Origin: Rhodothermales bacterium
GTDB taxonomy: Bacteria > Bacteroidota > Rhodothermia > Rhodothermales > JANQRZ01
Direction: 5' to 3'
Length of the DNA stretch: 64,000 nucleotides
Assembly: GCA_028284265.1 (NCBI GenBank)
Contig: JANQRZ010000006.1
Span: 327,472 to 391,471 of the forward strand
Part shown: positions 9,520 to 19,115 of the stretch, piece by piece
How the letters are laid out: every line of letters begins with the position of its first letter
Position numbering within the stretch: position 1 is the first letter of the stretch
Position numbers and translations under genes: made by a program
Notes under the pieces: generated by a model
Database searches by the model: none
Told to the model about the DNA's origin: nothing
The model's input: only the letters and a program-made list of their open reading frames with translations

Positions 9520-9561
9520 TCGTCACTCGTCACTCGTCACTCGTCACTCGTCACTCGTCAC
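9520..9561. repeat. Perfect tandem heptamer (TCGTCAC)x6
   Basis: Counted base by base: six uninterrupted copies from 9520 to 9561, ending 1 nt before the TTG at 9562. Confidence 0.95.
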
Positions 9562-10836
9562 TTGGATTACCGCTTCCTCATCGCGCGCCGCTACCTCGCC
9601 ACCTCGCGGAGAGTCACGCTCGTCTCTGTCATCAGCAGCCTGTCGGTTGCCGGTGTGGGTCTCGGCGTGGCCGCGCTGATCGTCGTGCTTTCGGTGATGA
9701 ACGGGTTCTACGACATCGTCCGCGACCTCCTCGTCTCGTTCGACCCGCACGTTCGGATCGAGTCTGTCGAAGGGCGCTCGCTCGCCGGAGCGGACTCGCT
9801 CCTCGGGCTGGCTCGCTCGCTCGACCACGTTGAGTCGGCGACGGCGTATGTCGAAGGCAAGGCGCTCCTTAGTTACAGCGGGGCACCGGACGAAACGCAG
9901 GTCGTCGTCGTGCGCGGGGTTGAGGCAGCGACGTTCAGCGACAGCCTCGCAGCAGGCAGTCCGGCAGGGGCCGCGCTCTCCGGCACGTTCGATCTGGAGC
10001 GGCAGGGCGATGAAGCCGGGATCGTGATCGGAGCCGGACTCGGGCTTCGGCTGGGTCTCTATTCCGGCGTCTCCACCGACAGCGGGAGCCGCGTCTCGCT
10101 TCTCTCGGCCCCCGGCATCGAGCGGCTTCTGACGCAGCCGCTCGGGCTGCCGCCGCTCCAGCCGTTCACGGTGCGCGGGCTGTACGAGATCGAGCCGGTC
10201 TACGACGCCAGCCACGTCTTCATCGAACGCAGTGAGGCGCAGCGTCTCTTCCGTCTCCCCGGCCAAGTCACCGGCATCGAACTTCGCCTCGACGATCTCG
10301 AACGCGCCGACGAGGTCAAGGCTGCGCTCGAAGCGCGCCTTGACCCGGCGACGGTTCGGGTGCAGACGTGGTACGATCTCCAGCGCTCGCTCTACGACGT
10401 GATGCGGCTCGAAAAGTGGGGCGCGTCGTTCGTGCTCGCGCTCATCATCGTAGTCGCCGCGTTCAACATCGTCGGGAGCCTGACGATGATCGTGATCGAG
10501 AAGCGGCGCGACCTCGGGGCGCTCCAAGCGATGGGGGCCTCGCGGGCGGACATTCGGCGCATCTTCCTGCTGGAAGGGCTGCTCGTCGGTGCGATCGGGA
10601 GTGGGCTGGGTCTCGTGATTGGACTAGGACTGGCTCTCGCACAACAGCACTTTGGCCTCGTTCCACTGGCTCAGGCTGAGGCTTTTATCATTGATGCCTA
10701 CCCTATCGCCATTCGAGGCTGGGACGTGGCAGCGATTGTGGCGGTGGCGGTGGGGCTGTGCGCGGCGGCCTCTCTTTATCCGGCTTCGCGGGCGGCAGCG
10801 GTGGAGCCTGCTCATGCTGTGCGCAGCGGTGCGTGA
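9562..10836 (+). CDS. LolC/LolE-family (FtsX-like) lipoprotein-release ABC permease
   Basis: The N-terminus (M)DYRFLIARRYL matches the LolC/E start, and the C-terminus is an FtsX domain. TTG 9562 is proposed as the start; track ORF 9478 also begins with TTG. Confidence 0.8.
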   Translation: MDYRFLIARRYLATSRRVTLVSVISSLSVAGVGLGVAALIVVLSVMNGFYDIVRDLLVSFDPHVRIESVEGRSLAGADSLLGLARSLDHVESATAYVEGKALLSYSGAPDETQVVVVRGVEAATFSDSLAAGSPAGAALSGTFDLERQGDEAGIVIGAGLGLRLGLYSGVSTDSGSRVSLLSAPGIERLLTQPLGLPPLQPFTVRGLYEIEPVYDASHVFIERSEAQRLFRLPGQVTGIELRLDDLERADEVKAALEARLDPATVRVQTWYDLQRSLYDVMRLEKWGASFVLALIIVVAAFNIVGSLTMIVIEKRRDLGALQAMGASRADIRRIFLLEGLLVGAIGSGLGLVIGLGLALAQQHFGLVPLAQAEAFIIDAYPIAIRGWDVAAIVAVAVGLCAAASLYPASRAAAVEPAHAVRSGA

Positions 10837-10976
10837 GGGCAGAAGCCCTGGACTTGCGGGCGCGGCGCGGAAGTGTTACAATTCAGTAGTCTAAAGGAAG
10901 CCCCATTCAGCGAGGGCGGCGGAACGCGATATCCGATAGCAGTTTCCACCTATTCCTCTAGCTCGGTCTGACCCTC

Positions 10977-11915
10977 ATGCTACGATTCAAACACACACTC
11001 GCCGTCTCGGCCCTCGCGGTGGCGCTTGCCGTCTCCGGTTGTAACCTTCTCGACGGAGCCTACAGCGAAGGCGGTAGCGTCGAAAACCTCGTTGACGATG
11101 CCCGATACGCCCGCGCCAACGGTGACTTTGAGCGTGCTGTTCAGCTTCTCGAAGATGCCTATGCCGAGGAACCCGAAAATGCTGTCGTGCGCATTGAGCT
11201 TGCCACGACGCTGATGCAGCGCGAGGGGCTGAACTCGGTAGACCTCGTCGGGCAGGTGTCCGACTTCGTCACGGAAGCCATCGACAGCGCTGAGGGCGCA
11301 ACCCAGGCAGGCGATGCGGCGCGCTCCGGCGGCGAGTCGTGCTCGTACACATCCAGCGACCCCAACCGGGAGGTGTTTGAGCCAGCGTCCTTCGAGGGCT
11401 ACAGCGACATCATTGCCTCGCTACCGCTGCTCCGCCGCGTGCGCGACCTGCTGGCTGGCGATGACGGTGTGTTGCCTGCCGCCCTGCGCGCCCTCAGTCC
11501 CTGTGAGTCTATCGTGAACGGTGAAGTGGTCTACGACCGCGTCGCGGCCTCGCAAGAACTCTACGACACCTTCGGCGGCAACCAGACGCTCGTGCGGACC
11601 GCGCTCCAACTCAATGCCGTCGTGCTTGTCCTCGATGCCTACAGCGGCATCTTCGAGCAGCCCGACCTCCCGGTGGACTGGTACCTCGTCGGCTCCGAAG
11701 ACAACCGACGACTCGGCTTCTGCGTCGCTGACGAGCCAACCCTCGACCTGCTCTACAGCCGCATCGATGATCGCGTGGCAGATGTCGGTCGGGCGCTCTT
11801 CTCCATCGACCTCCTCGTCTACGACGATGGCAGCGAAACGCTGGAAGAACTGCGCGATGAAGCGCTCGAATTGTACGTGACCTTCCAGGAAGACGTCAGC
11901 CGTTACTGTAATTAA
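10977..11915 (+). CDS. Hypothetical lipoprotein
   Basis: ATG start, signal peptide plus lipobox (AVSGC), 312 aa, acidic. No family recognised. Confidence 0.6.
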   Translation: MLRFKHTLAVSALAVALAVSGCNLLDGAYSEGGSVENLVDDARYARANGDFERAVQLLEDAYAEEPENAVVRIELATTLMQREGLNSVDLVGQVSDFVTEAIDSAEGATQAGDAARSGGESCSYTSSDPNREVFEPASFEGYSDIIASLPLLRRVRDLLAGDDGVLPAALRALSPCESIVNGEVVYDRVAASQELYDTFGGNQTLVRTALQLNAVVLVLDAYSGIFEQPDLPVDWYLVGSEDNRRLGFCVADEPTLDLLYSRIDDRVADVGRALFSIDLLVYDDGSETLEELRDEALELYVTFQEDVSRYCN

Positions 11916-12017
11916 ATCGGCGCGCGACCGTGCCGATAATTTTGGGGCGGCGCTTCGCATGTGCGACGCCGCCCCTTTAGTTTAGCCTCCATTCCATCGG
12001 GCCAACCCCGCTTCATC

Positions 12018-13259
12018 ATGCTGAACGCCCTGCCCCGCCTCGCCCTCACGCTCGCTCTCGCGGTCGTCCTCAGCCTCCCCGTCCACGCCCAGCGGTACGA
12101 CCAGTATGCTCGCGCCGCGGTGCCTTCGTCGCAAGTGCTCGGGATGGGCGATGCTGGTGTCGCGTTCTCTGGGCCGGAGACAGCCTTCTTCTACAATCCG
12201 GCCCACATGGCAAGCACGGGTTTGCTCAAGCCGCGCATCGAGATTCTCGGTATCCAAGGTGAGCTGAACAGCAAGTTCTTCGACGATCTCAGCTTCCTCA
12301 ACGACCGGGTCAGCCCGGCGCTTGACGAGGGGATCGACGTGCCGCTGACGCAGGAGAACCGGGACCTGTTCACTGACGCCCTCGCGCAGGGCCGTCGCCC
12401 GACCGTCGGGCAGGCCGCCGCGCTTCTGCCGTCGGTGATGGTCGGGATCGGTAACTACGCGGTCGGGGCAGGTGTCTTCGGACACAACACGACGCGCTAC
12501 CGCTTCGAGGACAACGGGACCGGGATTCCGGTGCTCGATCTCTTTACTCAACTCGATGCTATCGCGGCGATTTCTGGCGCAGCGGCGATTCCGACCACCA
12601 ACCTGTCGGTGGGCCTCACGGGTAAGTACGTGCAGCGGTACATCGGGTCCAAGAACAAAGATTTCCTCGCCATCGACCCGGACAACGAACAGCTCTATTT
12701 CGTCAACGGCTCGACAGTCTCTTTCGATCTCGGCTTGCAATACACCGATGCCGTGGCGACGCTACCCGGCTCGCTCGATTTCGGTCTCGCTGTCTATGAC
12801 CTCGTTGGTGGCAACTTCACCTACGACCTGTACCGCGCCCTCGACCTGACGGGAGGCGAGGCAGAGACGGATGAGCGCGAGGTGCAGAGCATCATCGACT
12901 CATTCGAGGGGCGTGACGGAGAGCCGACGTTCCGGGTCGGTGCGGCCTACCGGCACTCAGTGATTCCCTCGCTCCCGGTACTGGGCGACCTCGGCGTGGC
13001 GCTGGACTATGTGAGCCGCTCCACCTCGGAGTCCGAGCAACCGTTCCTTTCCAAGTTCCGCCTCGGCGGACAGGCGACGGTCGCCGGGATTCTCGCGTTA
13101 CGCCTCGGCATCAGCCAAGGCTATCCGACATTCGGGACGGGCATCCAGACTCCATTCTTTCGCATGGACTACGTATTCTATGGGGTCGAAGACGGACGCC
13201 TGCCGGGCCAGCTCGAACGCTACAACCACCTCGTGCAGATCCGCTTCGGGCTGTTCTAA
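12018..13259 (+). CDS. PorV/PorQ-family-like outer-membrane beta-barrel
   Basis: Signal peptide ending VHAQ. The N-terminal LGMGDAGVAFSGPETAFFYNPAH resembles the PorV/PorQ motif. C-terminal ...IRFGLF. Confidence 0.55.
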   Translation: MLNALPRLALTLALAVVLSLPVHAQRYDQYARAAVPSSQVLGMGDAGVAFSGPETAFFYNPAHMASTGLLKPRIEILGIQGELNSKFFDDLSFLNDRVSPALDEGIDVPLTQENRDLFTDALAQGRRPTVGQAAALLPSVMVGIGNYAVGAGVFGHNTTRYRFEDNGTGIPVLDLFTQLDAIAAISGAAAIPTTNLSVGLTGKYVQRYIGSKNKDFLAIDPDNEQLYFVNGSTVSFDLGLQYTDAVATLPGSLDFGLAVYDLVGGNFTYDLYRALDLTGGEAETDEREVQSIIDSFEGRDGEPTFRVGAAYRHSVIPSLPVLGDLGVALDYVSRSTSESEQPFLSKFRLGGQATVAGILALRLGISQGYPTFGTGIQTPFFRMDYVFYGVEDGRLPGQLERYNHLVQIRFGLF

Positions 13260-13310
13260 AGAAAAGACTCTGCAAGACGATTCTTCCAAGGTGAAGGGAA
13301 GAAGGGAAGG

Positions 13311-13354
13311 GGAGCGCCGGTAGCGAGGGGATCGCTATCGGCGCTCCCTATTTT
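13311..13354 (+). terminator. Hairpin terminator candidate after the PorV-like gene
   Basis: GGAGCGCCG-GTAGCGAGGGGATCGCTAT-CGGCGCTCC, followed by CTATTTT. Confidence 0.5.
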
Positions 13355-13480
13355 GCCGGTGGCCTTAACCCGAAATCCGCACGGTTCTGGGTTTTTCGGC
13401 AGGTTCAGGGGTTGCGCAAGGGCGAGGAAATAGGCTACCTTTCTTTTCTGCATTCGCACAACTATCCCGGCCCCACTCCG

Positions 13481-13717
13481 ATGGCGCGCAAAGATCAACT
13501 CACAGGCAAAGGCCCGATGTCGGGCAACCACGTCTCGCACGCCCACAACAAGGTGCGGCGGCGCTTCAACGTGAACCTCCAGAAGAAGCGGTTCTATATC
13601 CCCGAGGAAGATCGGTGGGTGACGCTGCGCGTCTCGGCGCAGACCCTCAAGACGATCAACAAGAAGGGAATCTCGGCGGTGCTCAAAGAGGCCCGCGCCC
13701 AAGGCGTCCGCGTCTAA
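13481..13717 (+). CDS. rpmB: 50S ribosomal protein L28
   Basis: [34 protein letters not shown] is a canonical L28 N-terminus. The track ORF is 5'-extended. Confidence 0.9.
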   Translation: MARKDQLTGKGPMSGNHVSHAHNKVRRRFNVNLQKKRFYIPEEDRWVTLRVSAQTLKTINKKGISAVLKEARAQGVRV

Positions 13718-13759
13718 GACCCCGCTTCCGACCTGTTCCACTGCTAATCCGATTCTGTC

Positions 13760-13930
13760 ATGGCTAAGAGCAAAGACGTTCGCCACCAGATCACCCTTGA
13801 GTGCACCGAAGCACCGGGTACCTCGCGCTATTCCACGACCAAGAACCGCCGCAACACGACCGGGCGGCTGGAACTGCGTAAGTACAACCCCGTTCTCCGC
13901 AAGCACACGCTCCACCGCGAGATCAAGTAA
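13760..13930 (+). CDS. rpmG: 50S ribosomal protein L33 (below the ORF-track size cut-off)
   Basis: Hand translation: [56 protein letters not shown]. Confidence 0.9.
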   Translation: MAKSKDVRHQITLECTEAPGTSRYSTTKNRRNTTGRLELRKYNPVLRKHTLHREIK

Positions 13931-13966
13931 ACCCGAGCGCACCGGCGCTCCCTGACCCCCGGACCT

Positions 13967-14140
13967 ATGGCGAAGAAAGTTTCTAAGAACCAGCGCACAA
14001 ATCGTGGGGCCGATGCCGGTCACCGCAACATGGCGAAGGTCATCATGGCCTCGAAGAAGCAGAACGGCCACTATGAGTTCCGCCAGAAGATGGTCGAGGC
14101 CTCGCAGGTGCAGGACGAACTGAAGGCCGCGCGCAGCTAG
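13967..14140 (+). CDS. DUF4295-like small basic protein
   Basis: Hand translation: MAKKVSKNQRTNRGADAGHRNMAKVIMASKKQNGHYEFRQKMVEASQVQDELKAARS*. This position after rpmG is typical in Bacteroidota. Confidence 0.7.
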   Translation: MAKKVSKNQRTNRGADAGHRNMAKVIMASKKQNGHYEFRQKMVEASQVQDELKAARS

Positions 14141-14163
14141 GCGCTGTTCATACCGAGTAGCGA

Positions 14164-14196
14164 GAGGCAGCCTCCGTCGGGGGCTGCCTCTTTTTC
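14164..14196. terminator. Rho-independent terminator between convergent genes
   Basis: GAGGCAGCC-TCCGTCGGG-GGCTGCCTC followed by TTTTT. Confidence 0.75.
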
Positions 14197-14212
14197 GTAG
14201 TTCGAAGCGGTC

Positions 14213-15193
14213 TTAGCCGTCCTGATACAGAGTCTGCACCCAGGTCGGCGCAGACGGCTCCATCGCTGGCTCTTTGCCGTCGCCGATGGCCCAGCGGTGC
14301 AGCCACGACAGGCCGCGTGTCCCTACATAGGTATCCGGGCGCGCATAGGCCGGATCGGTGAGTGCCTCGTCGAGAGTGACAAAGCGGTAGCCGCGCCGCT
14401 CCAGCATCGCAGCGACCTCGGCGAAGTAGTCGGCGTTGAGGAGGTTGGCGTGCAGGAGGAGTACCTGCGGCGGCTTGTAGCCGAGGACCTCGACGCTCCA
14501 CGCCTCGAAATGCGCCGTGACCGAGTCCATGAAGGCGACGTACGCCGTGCCGATGCGTTCCATCAGGTCCGCATCGCCGCGCTCAGCGGCCCGTCGGTAG
14601 GTGTGGGCGAAGATCCACTCGTCGTTGTCGATAGTGACGGGCGCGTTCGTGTAGCCCCGCTCGGTGAGGAACGCCTCGATGGCTTCCTTCTTCTCGGCTG
14701 TATTGCCTGAGCGGAGATAGGGGTAGCGGAAGTAGCGCAGGCGCTGCCCGCGCTCTTCCAGCAGGCGCTTCGTGACTGTCTCGCCCTCGATGATCGTCTG
14801 CTGGTAGTCGGCGACGGAGGTGGTGTTGAGGTCGAGATGTCCGAAGGTGTGGTTGCCCAGGTCATGTCCGGCGTCGAGCCACTCGGTCAGCAGGTCCGGC
14901 AGCACATCGTTGCGTAGGGCAGCGCAGACTTGGCCCTCCGTGACAAGGCCCACGGTCGGCACGTCGCCAATCTCGTCGAGCACCTGCGCGGTGAAGTCGA
15001 GGAGTGCCTCGCGGTCGCAGTTCGTTCCGCTCGGGACGGCGACGGCAGGGAGATCGTCGAAGGTGACAGCAACACGGCGGTCGGGGAGCGTATCGGCGAT
15101 AGCGACCGACACGGCAGGCGGCTCGGGCACAGGGGCCTCCGCGCAGCCGACCAGAAGAATCCCTAGCCCGAGAATCCAACGGGCGACCGTCAT
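14213..15193 (-). CDS. Polysaccharide deacetylase (NodB homology) family protein
   Basis: VTFDDLP, GNHTFGHLDLN and LLLHAN motifs. N-terminal signal peptide with lipobox LLVGC. Confidence 0.85.
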   Translation of the reverse strand: MTVARWILGLGILLVGCAEAPVPEPPAVSVAIADTLPDRRVAVTFDDLPAVAVPSGTNCDREALLDFTAQVLDEIGDVPTVGLVTEGQVCAALRNDVLPDLLTEWLDAGHDLGNHTFGHLDLNTTSVADYQQTIIEGETVTKRLLEERGQRLRYFRYPYLRSGNTAEKKEAIEAFLTERGYTNAPVTIDNDEWIFAHTYRRAAERGDADLMERIGTAYVAFMDSVTAHFEAWSVEVLGYKPPQVLLLHANLLNADYFAEVAAMLERRGYRFVTLDEALTDPAYARPDTYVGTRGLSWLHRWAIGDGKEPAMEPSAPTWVQTLYQDG

Positions 15194-15627
15194 TTCGGCT
15201 CGACGTGGAAAATCTTGTTCACGATCTGCCAGCGTCCGTCGATCTTCAGCATCGACATGTAGTCGGTGATGAGCGCGCCGGGGTAGTCGAGTTCGAGTCG
15301 GACCACGGCGGCATCGCCCGTGATGTCGATGTCGGTGATGCGGCGCTTGCGGTCGGCCTCATCGTCGGCCGGGACGCCGCGTGCGCCGCCGATGTACTCG
15401 GCGCTGGTCCGTGTGTTGAACGCGCCGTCGCGCATCCACATCAGCTTGGACTCAGGGTGGAAGACTTGCTCGAAGTGGGAGCCTTCGCCCGTGGCGTGAC
15501 CTTGGAAGTAGTGCTCGATGGCAGCGCGGACAGCTTCCTCCTCGCCGTCCGCGTCAGGCGGCAGAATAGAGGCAGCAGTCAGGGCAACGGAGGCAAGTAG
15601 GAACAGGGCGAGTAGCGAGCGGCGCAT
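15190..15627 (-). CDS. NTF2-like (putative lumazine-binding family) secreted protein
   Basis: Signal peptide MRRSLLALFLLASVAL. AIEHYFQGHATGEG...MLKIDGRWQIVNKIF fits the SnoaL/NTF2 fold. Overlaps the downstream gene by 4 nt. Confidence 0.65.
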   Translation of the reverse strand: MRRSLLALFLLASVALTAASILPPDADGEEEAVRAAIEHYFQGHATGEGSHFEQVFHPESKLMWMRDGAFNTRTSAEYIGGARGVPADDEADRKRRITDIDITGDAAVVRLELDYPGALITDYMSMLKIDGRWQIVNKIFHVEPK

Positions 15628-15661
15628 GGCAGGACGGGGATGTGTGGCGGATGCTAAGAGA

Positions 15662-17017
15662 TTAGCACCTACGGAGCACACCCGCAAGGGTTACAGCCGT
15701 GCCCCACGCTGGGCGAAGAAGCGCGACCTGCACGTCCATCACGTTCGTATGCGTCGGCCCCGGTTTCAAGAGTTGGTCGAGTGCCTCAAAGAATGGGAAA
15801 GCATCATTGCGGGCGAGGTGGTTTTCCGGGTTGAAGTCAAGCGCACGAGCGCGGTCGGTGGTCTGGGGCGTGGCCCACGCACCCGTCGCATCGGTCGGCC
15901 CGTCGATCCCGTCGGTGCCGCCAGAGAGGAAGACGAGGTTGCGGTCGGTGCCGTCGAGTTCGAGGGCTGCGGCGAGGGTGACTTCCTGGTTGCGGCCGCC
16001 GCGTCCATCGCCAGTCACGGTCACGGTTGTCTCGCCGCCCCAGAGCAGGCAGGTCGGCTGGTTCGCTTCGAGGTCGAGGGCTACCCGCGCCAGCCATTGC
16101 CCGACCTCCCGTGCCTCGCCCGTGACCGGCTCGGGGTGGAGGTGCACTGCATAGCCTCGCCGCTCGGCTTCGCGCTGGGCCGCATCGAGGGCGTTGCGGT
16201 TCGAGCCGATGAGGATGGTCCGTACTCGCTCGAACCCCGACGGGTCGGCAAGGACATCGCCTCGGCTCAGGTGCATCCTTATGGACAATGGCACGCGGTC
16301 CAACAACTCGAATCGTTCGAGCACGGCGACAGCGTCGTCGTCGGTCGTCGGGTCCGGTACCGTCGGGCCGCTGGCAATCGCGGCGAGGTCGTCGCCGACC
16401 ACATCGGAGAGGACGAGTGCGAGGACGGCGGCAGGGTGGGTGGTGCGGACGAGTCCACCACCGCCGATGCGCGAAAGCTGCCGCCGGACGGTGTTGATGG
16501 CGTGGATGTCGGCTCCGCTGTGGAGGAGTAGGCGGAATGTTTGTTGGGCGTCGTCCAGTGAGATGCCGTCGGCGAAGGCAGGCCAGAGCGCTGAGCCACC
16601 ACCCGAGAGTGCGACGACCAGCAGATCGTCCGGGCCGAGGTCGGCGGCAAGATCAAGCACGCGCTGTGCGCCTCGCCCGCCCGCTTCGTCCGGTACCGGG
16701 TGCCCGGCTTCGACAACCTCGGTTCTGACCGGCGCAGGCTGCCCGGTGGGGAAGGAGGCCCGGTACCCGTGCGGCACGACGACGAGGCCCTCGTCGAGTG
16801 CGTCGCCGAGCCGTTCCTCCAGTACACCCGCCATCGCCATCGACGCCTTGCCTGCCCCGACGAGTACGACGCGCCGGTAGTCGGCCAGTGGCCGGTCGAG
16901 GTGTGTGTCGAGATCGACCTCGGTCAGTAGGGACGATGGCTGCACGCCTGCGATGGCCGCCTCGAATATCGCCCGCGCGTCTCTCTCCATTCCCTCCCTG
17001 CTCTCCGCGCCCGTCAT
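15662..17017 (-). CDS. Glycerate 2-kinase / hydroxypyruvate reductase (DUF4147-MOFRL family)
   Basis: VVLVGAGKASMAMA, GGETTVTVTGDGRGGRNQE and SGGTDGIDGPTDA. The ATG at 17017 overlaps the murJ stop (TGATG). The track's N-terminal extension is rejected. Confidence 0.85.
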   Translation of the reverse strand: MTGAESREGMERDARAIFEAAIAGVQPSSLLTEVDLDTHLDRPLADYRRVVLVGAGKASMAMAGVLEERLGDALDEGLVVVPHGYRASFPTGQPAPVRTEVVEAGHPVPDEAGGRGAQRVLDLAADLGPDDLLVVALSGGGSALWPAFADGISLDDAQQTFRLLLHSGADIHAINTVRRQLSRIGGGGLVRTTHPAAVLALVLSDVVGDDLAAIASGPTVPDPTTDDDAVAVLERFELLDRVPLSIRMHLSRGDVLADPSGFERVRTILIGSNRNALDAAQREAERRGYAVHLHPEPVTGEAREVGQWLARVALDLEANQPTCLLWGGETTVTVTGDGRGGRNQEVTLAAALELDGTDRNLVFLSGGTDGIDGPTDATGAWATPQTTDRARALDFNPENHLARNDAFPFFEALDQLLKPGPTHTNVMDVQVALLRPAWGTAVTLAGVLRRC

Positions 17018-18897
17018 CACCCTTTCCGCCTGAGGCGCCGCGTGAGCTTGCCCGTCCACGCCTCGCCTTCGTCGAACCCGAGAACATGCGCGAGGACGAG
17101 GTAGCCAATCCCGTAGACCGCGAGGATCACGGCACCGTAGGCCCACACTGGGAACGGCTCCGTCGGGACGAGCCACCGCAGGAGCGCAGCCGGGGCCGCT
17201 GCGAGGAGGGCGACGCCGATCATCTGCACCGTCCGTCCCCACGGCAGATGGAAGTTCGCCATCTCGGACTTCAGCGCTGAGGTTAGTCGCCACAACTCGA
17301 CCCACGCGCCGACGCTCGCGCCGAGGGCGAGGCCGACTGCACCCATTCTGAGGGGCCTCCCCTCTGCTGGAATCCCGACGACCTCGGGCACGCTATACCG
17401 ATCCAGCAGGAACATCAGCCCGGCCCCAATCGCCGCGGAGACGACGACGCGGACGACCGCGATACGCGCAGGCGTCTTCGTGTCGTCGAGCGCGTAGAAT
17501 GCGTTCTGGAGGAGGCGCGAAATCGTCGTGGCGAGGAGGCCGAGGGCGTAGGCTCCGAGGACGAAGTAGACGAGCCATGTATCGTCGAGGTCGAACGAGC
17601 CGGTCTGGTAGAGGACCGCGACGACGAGGAATCCGAACGCGAGGAAGCCGACGACACTCGGGACGATCATGAACAGGATCTGCCGGAGCGAGGCGTCGAT
17701 GCGCGAGAGGAACGGCCCCGGCTGGCTCCGCGAGAGGCGCGACAACTCGGGCAGCTCGCTCGCGGCGACGCTCATCGCAAAAAGCGACACCGGCAGTGTG
17801 TAGAGCACCTGCGCGTAGGTCAGCGCCGAGATCGCGCCGACGGTGGCGAACCCGGCGAGGAGGAGGTCGAGGTAGCCCGAGATCTGATAGACCCCGCGCC
17901 CGGCCAAGACCGGCAGGAACGCCTTGATACTCTGCTTGACACCCTCCACCTTCGTCGAGAGCGACGGGCGGAAGCCTTTGATGACGCGGAGCACCGACGG
18001 AAGCTGGACACCGAACTGCAACGCCCCGCCGATCAGCGCGCCCCACAGCCCGGCGAAGAGCAGCCGGTTGAGCGCATCCACCGGGATCACGTCGAGGTCG
18101 TCGAGCGCCGTCGGGTCGTCGAAGAAGGTGAACCCGGCGTAGATCAGCGCGCCGATGATGGCGGCGTTCCAGAAGACCGGCGCGAAGTACGGCAGGAAGA
18201 ATTGGCGGTGGCTGTTGAGCACGCCGAGCGCCCACGCGCTGAGGACGAGCAGCCCGGTCATCGGGAAGGTGATGCGGACGGCCTGCACGGCGAGGCGGAA
18301 GCGGTCCACCGCGATCTCGCCCGCGATCACTTTGTCGGCGTCGCCGAGCCAGCCCGGCTGGAGGAGCGTCGTCAGCGGCTCGGCGAGGAGGATACCGAGC
18401 GTGACGAGGACCGCGACGAGCGCTGTCAGCAACCCGAGGATCGCCCCGGCGAAGCGCCCGGCGTCCTCGGGGCGTCCCTGCTCCAGCATCCGGCTGTAGA
18501 TCGGGATGAACGCTGCCGAGATCGTGCCTTCGCCGAGGAGGTTCTGCAACAGGTTCGGCGCGCGGAGGGCCACGCGGAACACGTCGGCGTGGGGGCCGAC
18601 CCCGAAGAAGTAGCCAATCGCCCGCTCGCGGACGAACCCGATCAGCCGACTGAGCAGGATGCCGCCCGCGACGAGGCCTGCCGCGCTCTCGCGCCGCTCC
18701 TCCGGCGGCATATGCTTCGTCTCTGGCGTCTTGCCCTCGGCCTCCAGCCGACCCTTGGCTTCGAGTGCCGCCTCGGTCGAGCTTTCCGGCGTGGCGTCGG
18801 CGATGGGCGATGTAGCCTGCTCCGCCTTCTCGCTTTCGGGCACGTCCTTCGGCTCCTCGGCGGCGTCAGGCGGTCGGGCGTCCTCGTTCGGGTCCAT
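17017..18897 (-). CDS. murJ: Lipid II flippase MurJ, with a possible ~75-aa acidic N-terminal extension
   Basis: SRLIGFVRERAIGYFFG...RAPNLLQNLLGEGTISAAFIPIYS and multiple TM helices. An alternative start lies at ATG 18711. Confidence 0.9.
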   Translation of the reverse strand: MDPNEDARPPDAAEEPKDVPESEKAEQATSPIADATPESSTEAALEAKGRLEAEGKTPETKHMPPEERRESAAGLVAGGILLSRLIGFVRERAIGYFFGVGPHADVFRVALRAPNLLQNLLGEGTISAAFIPIYSRMLEQGRPEDAGRFAGAILGLLTALVAVLVTLGILLAEPLTTLLQPGWLGDADKVIAGEIAVDRFRLAVQAVRITFPMTGLLVLSAWALGVLNSHRQFFLPYFAPVFWNAAIIGALIYAGFTFFDDPTALDDLDVIPVDALNRLLFAGLWGALIGGALQFGVQLPSVLRVIKGFRPSLSTKVEGVKQSIKAFLPVLAGRGVYQISGYLDLLLAGFATVGAISALTYAQVLYTLPVSLFAMSVAASELPELSRLSRSQPGPFLSRIDASLRQILFMIVPSVVGFLAFGFLVVAVLYQTGSFDLDDTWLVYFVLGAYALGLLATTISRLLQNAFYALDDTKTPARIAVVRVVVSAAIGAGLMFLLDRYSVPEVVGIPAEGRPLRMGAVGLALGASVGAWVELWRLTSALKSEMANFHLPWGRTVQMIGVALLAAAPAALLRWLVPTEPFPVWAYGAVILAVYGIGYLVLAHVLGFDEGEAWTGKLTRRLRRKG

Positions 18898-18990
18898 GAA
18901 TCGAGCGGCGGCAGGAGTGGGGCCGGGATGGATGCACAGCGAAGGCGTTAAGGTAAACCTCGCGTACTATCGCCAACGGTGGTTGAGTAT

Positions 18991-19078
18991 TGTCATTCCG
19001 AACGAAGAGAGGAATCTCCTACCTTGTGCAAGGCGATGTCGATGGGGATTTCTCCTCGCTGTGCTCGTCGAAATGACA
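18991..19078. repeat. Palindromic MITE/REP-like element, copy 1
   Basis: Ends TGTCATTCCGAACGAAGAGAGGAATCTCC ... GGGGATTTCTCCTCGCTGTGCTCGTCGAAATGACA. Confidence 0.8.
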
Positions 19079-19115
19079 GTTCTCTAGTCGGATTCCATAT
19101 AGCTCTATTGGCACC

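Noticed and set aside
9520-9561. The heptamer tract considered as a CRISPR-like or mini-satellite array.
   Set aside because: The 7-bp units have no spacers, so it is a simple tandem repeat and not a CRISPR array.
17018-17305. The N-terminal 96-aa extension of the glycerate kinase ORF in the track.
   Set aside because: The extension overlaps the murJ 3' end and is R/P-rich. The conserved kinase sequence begins at the ATG at 17017.
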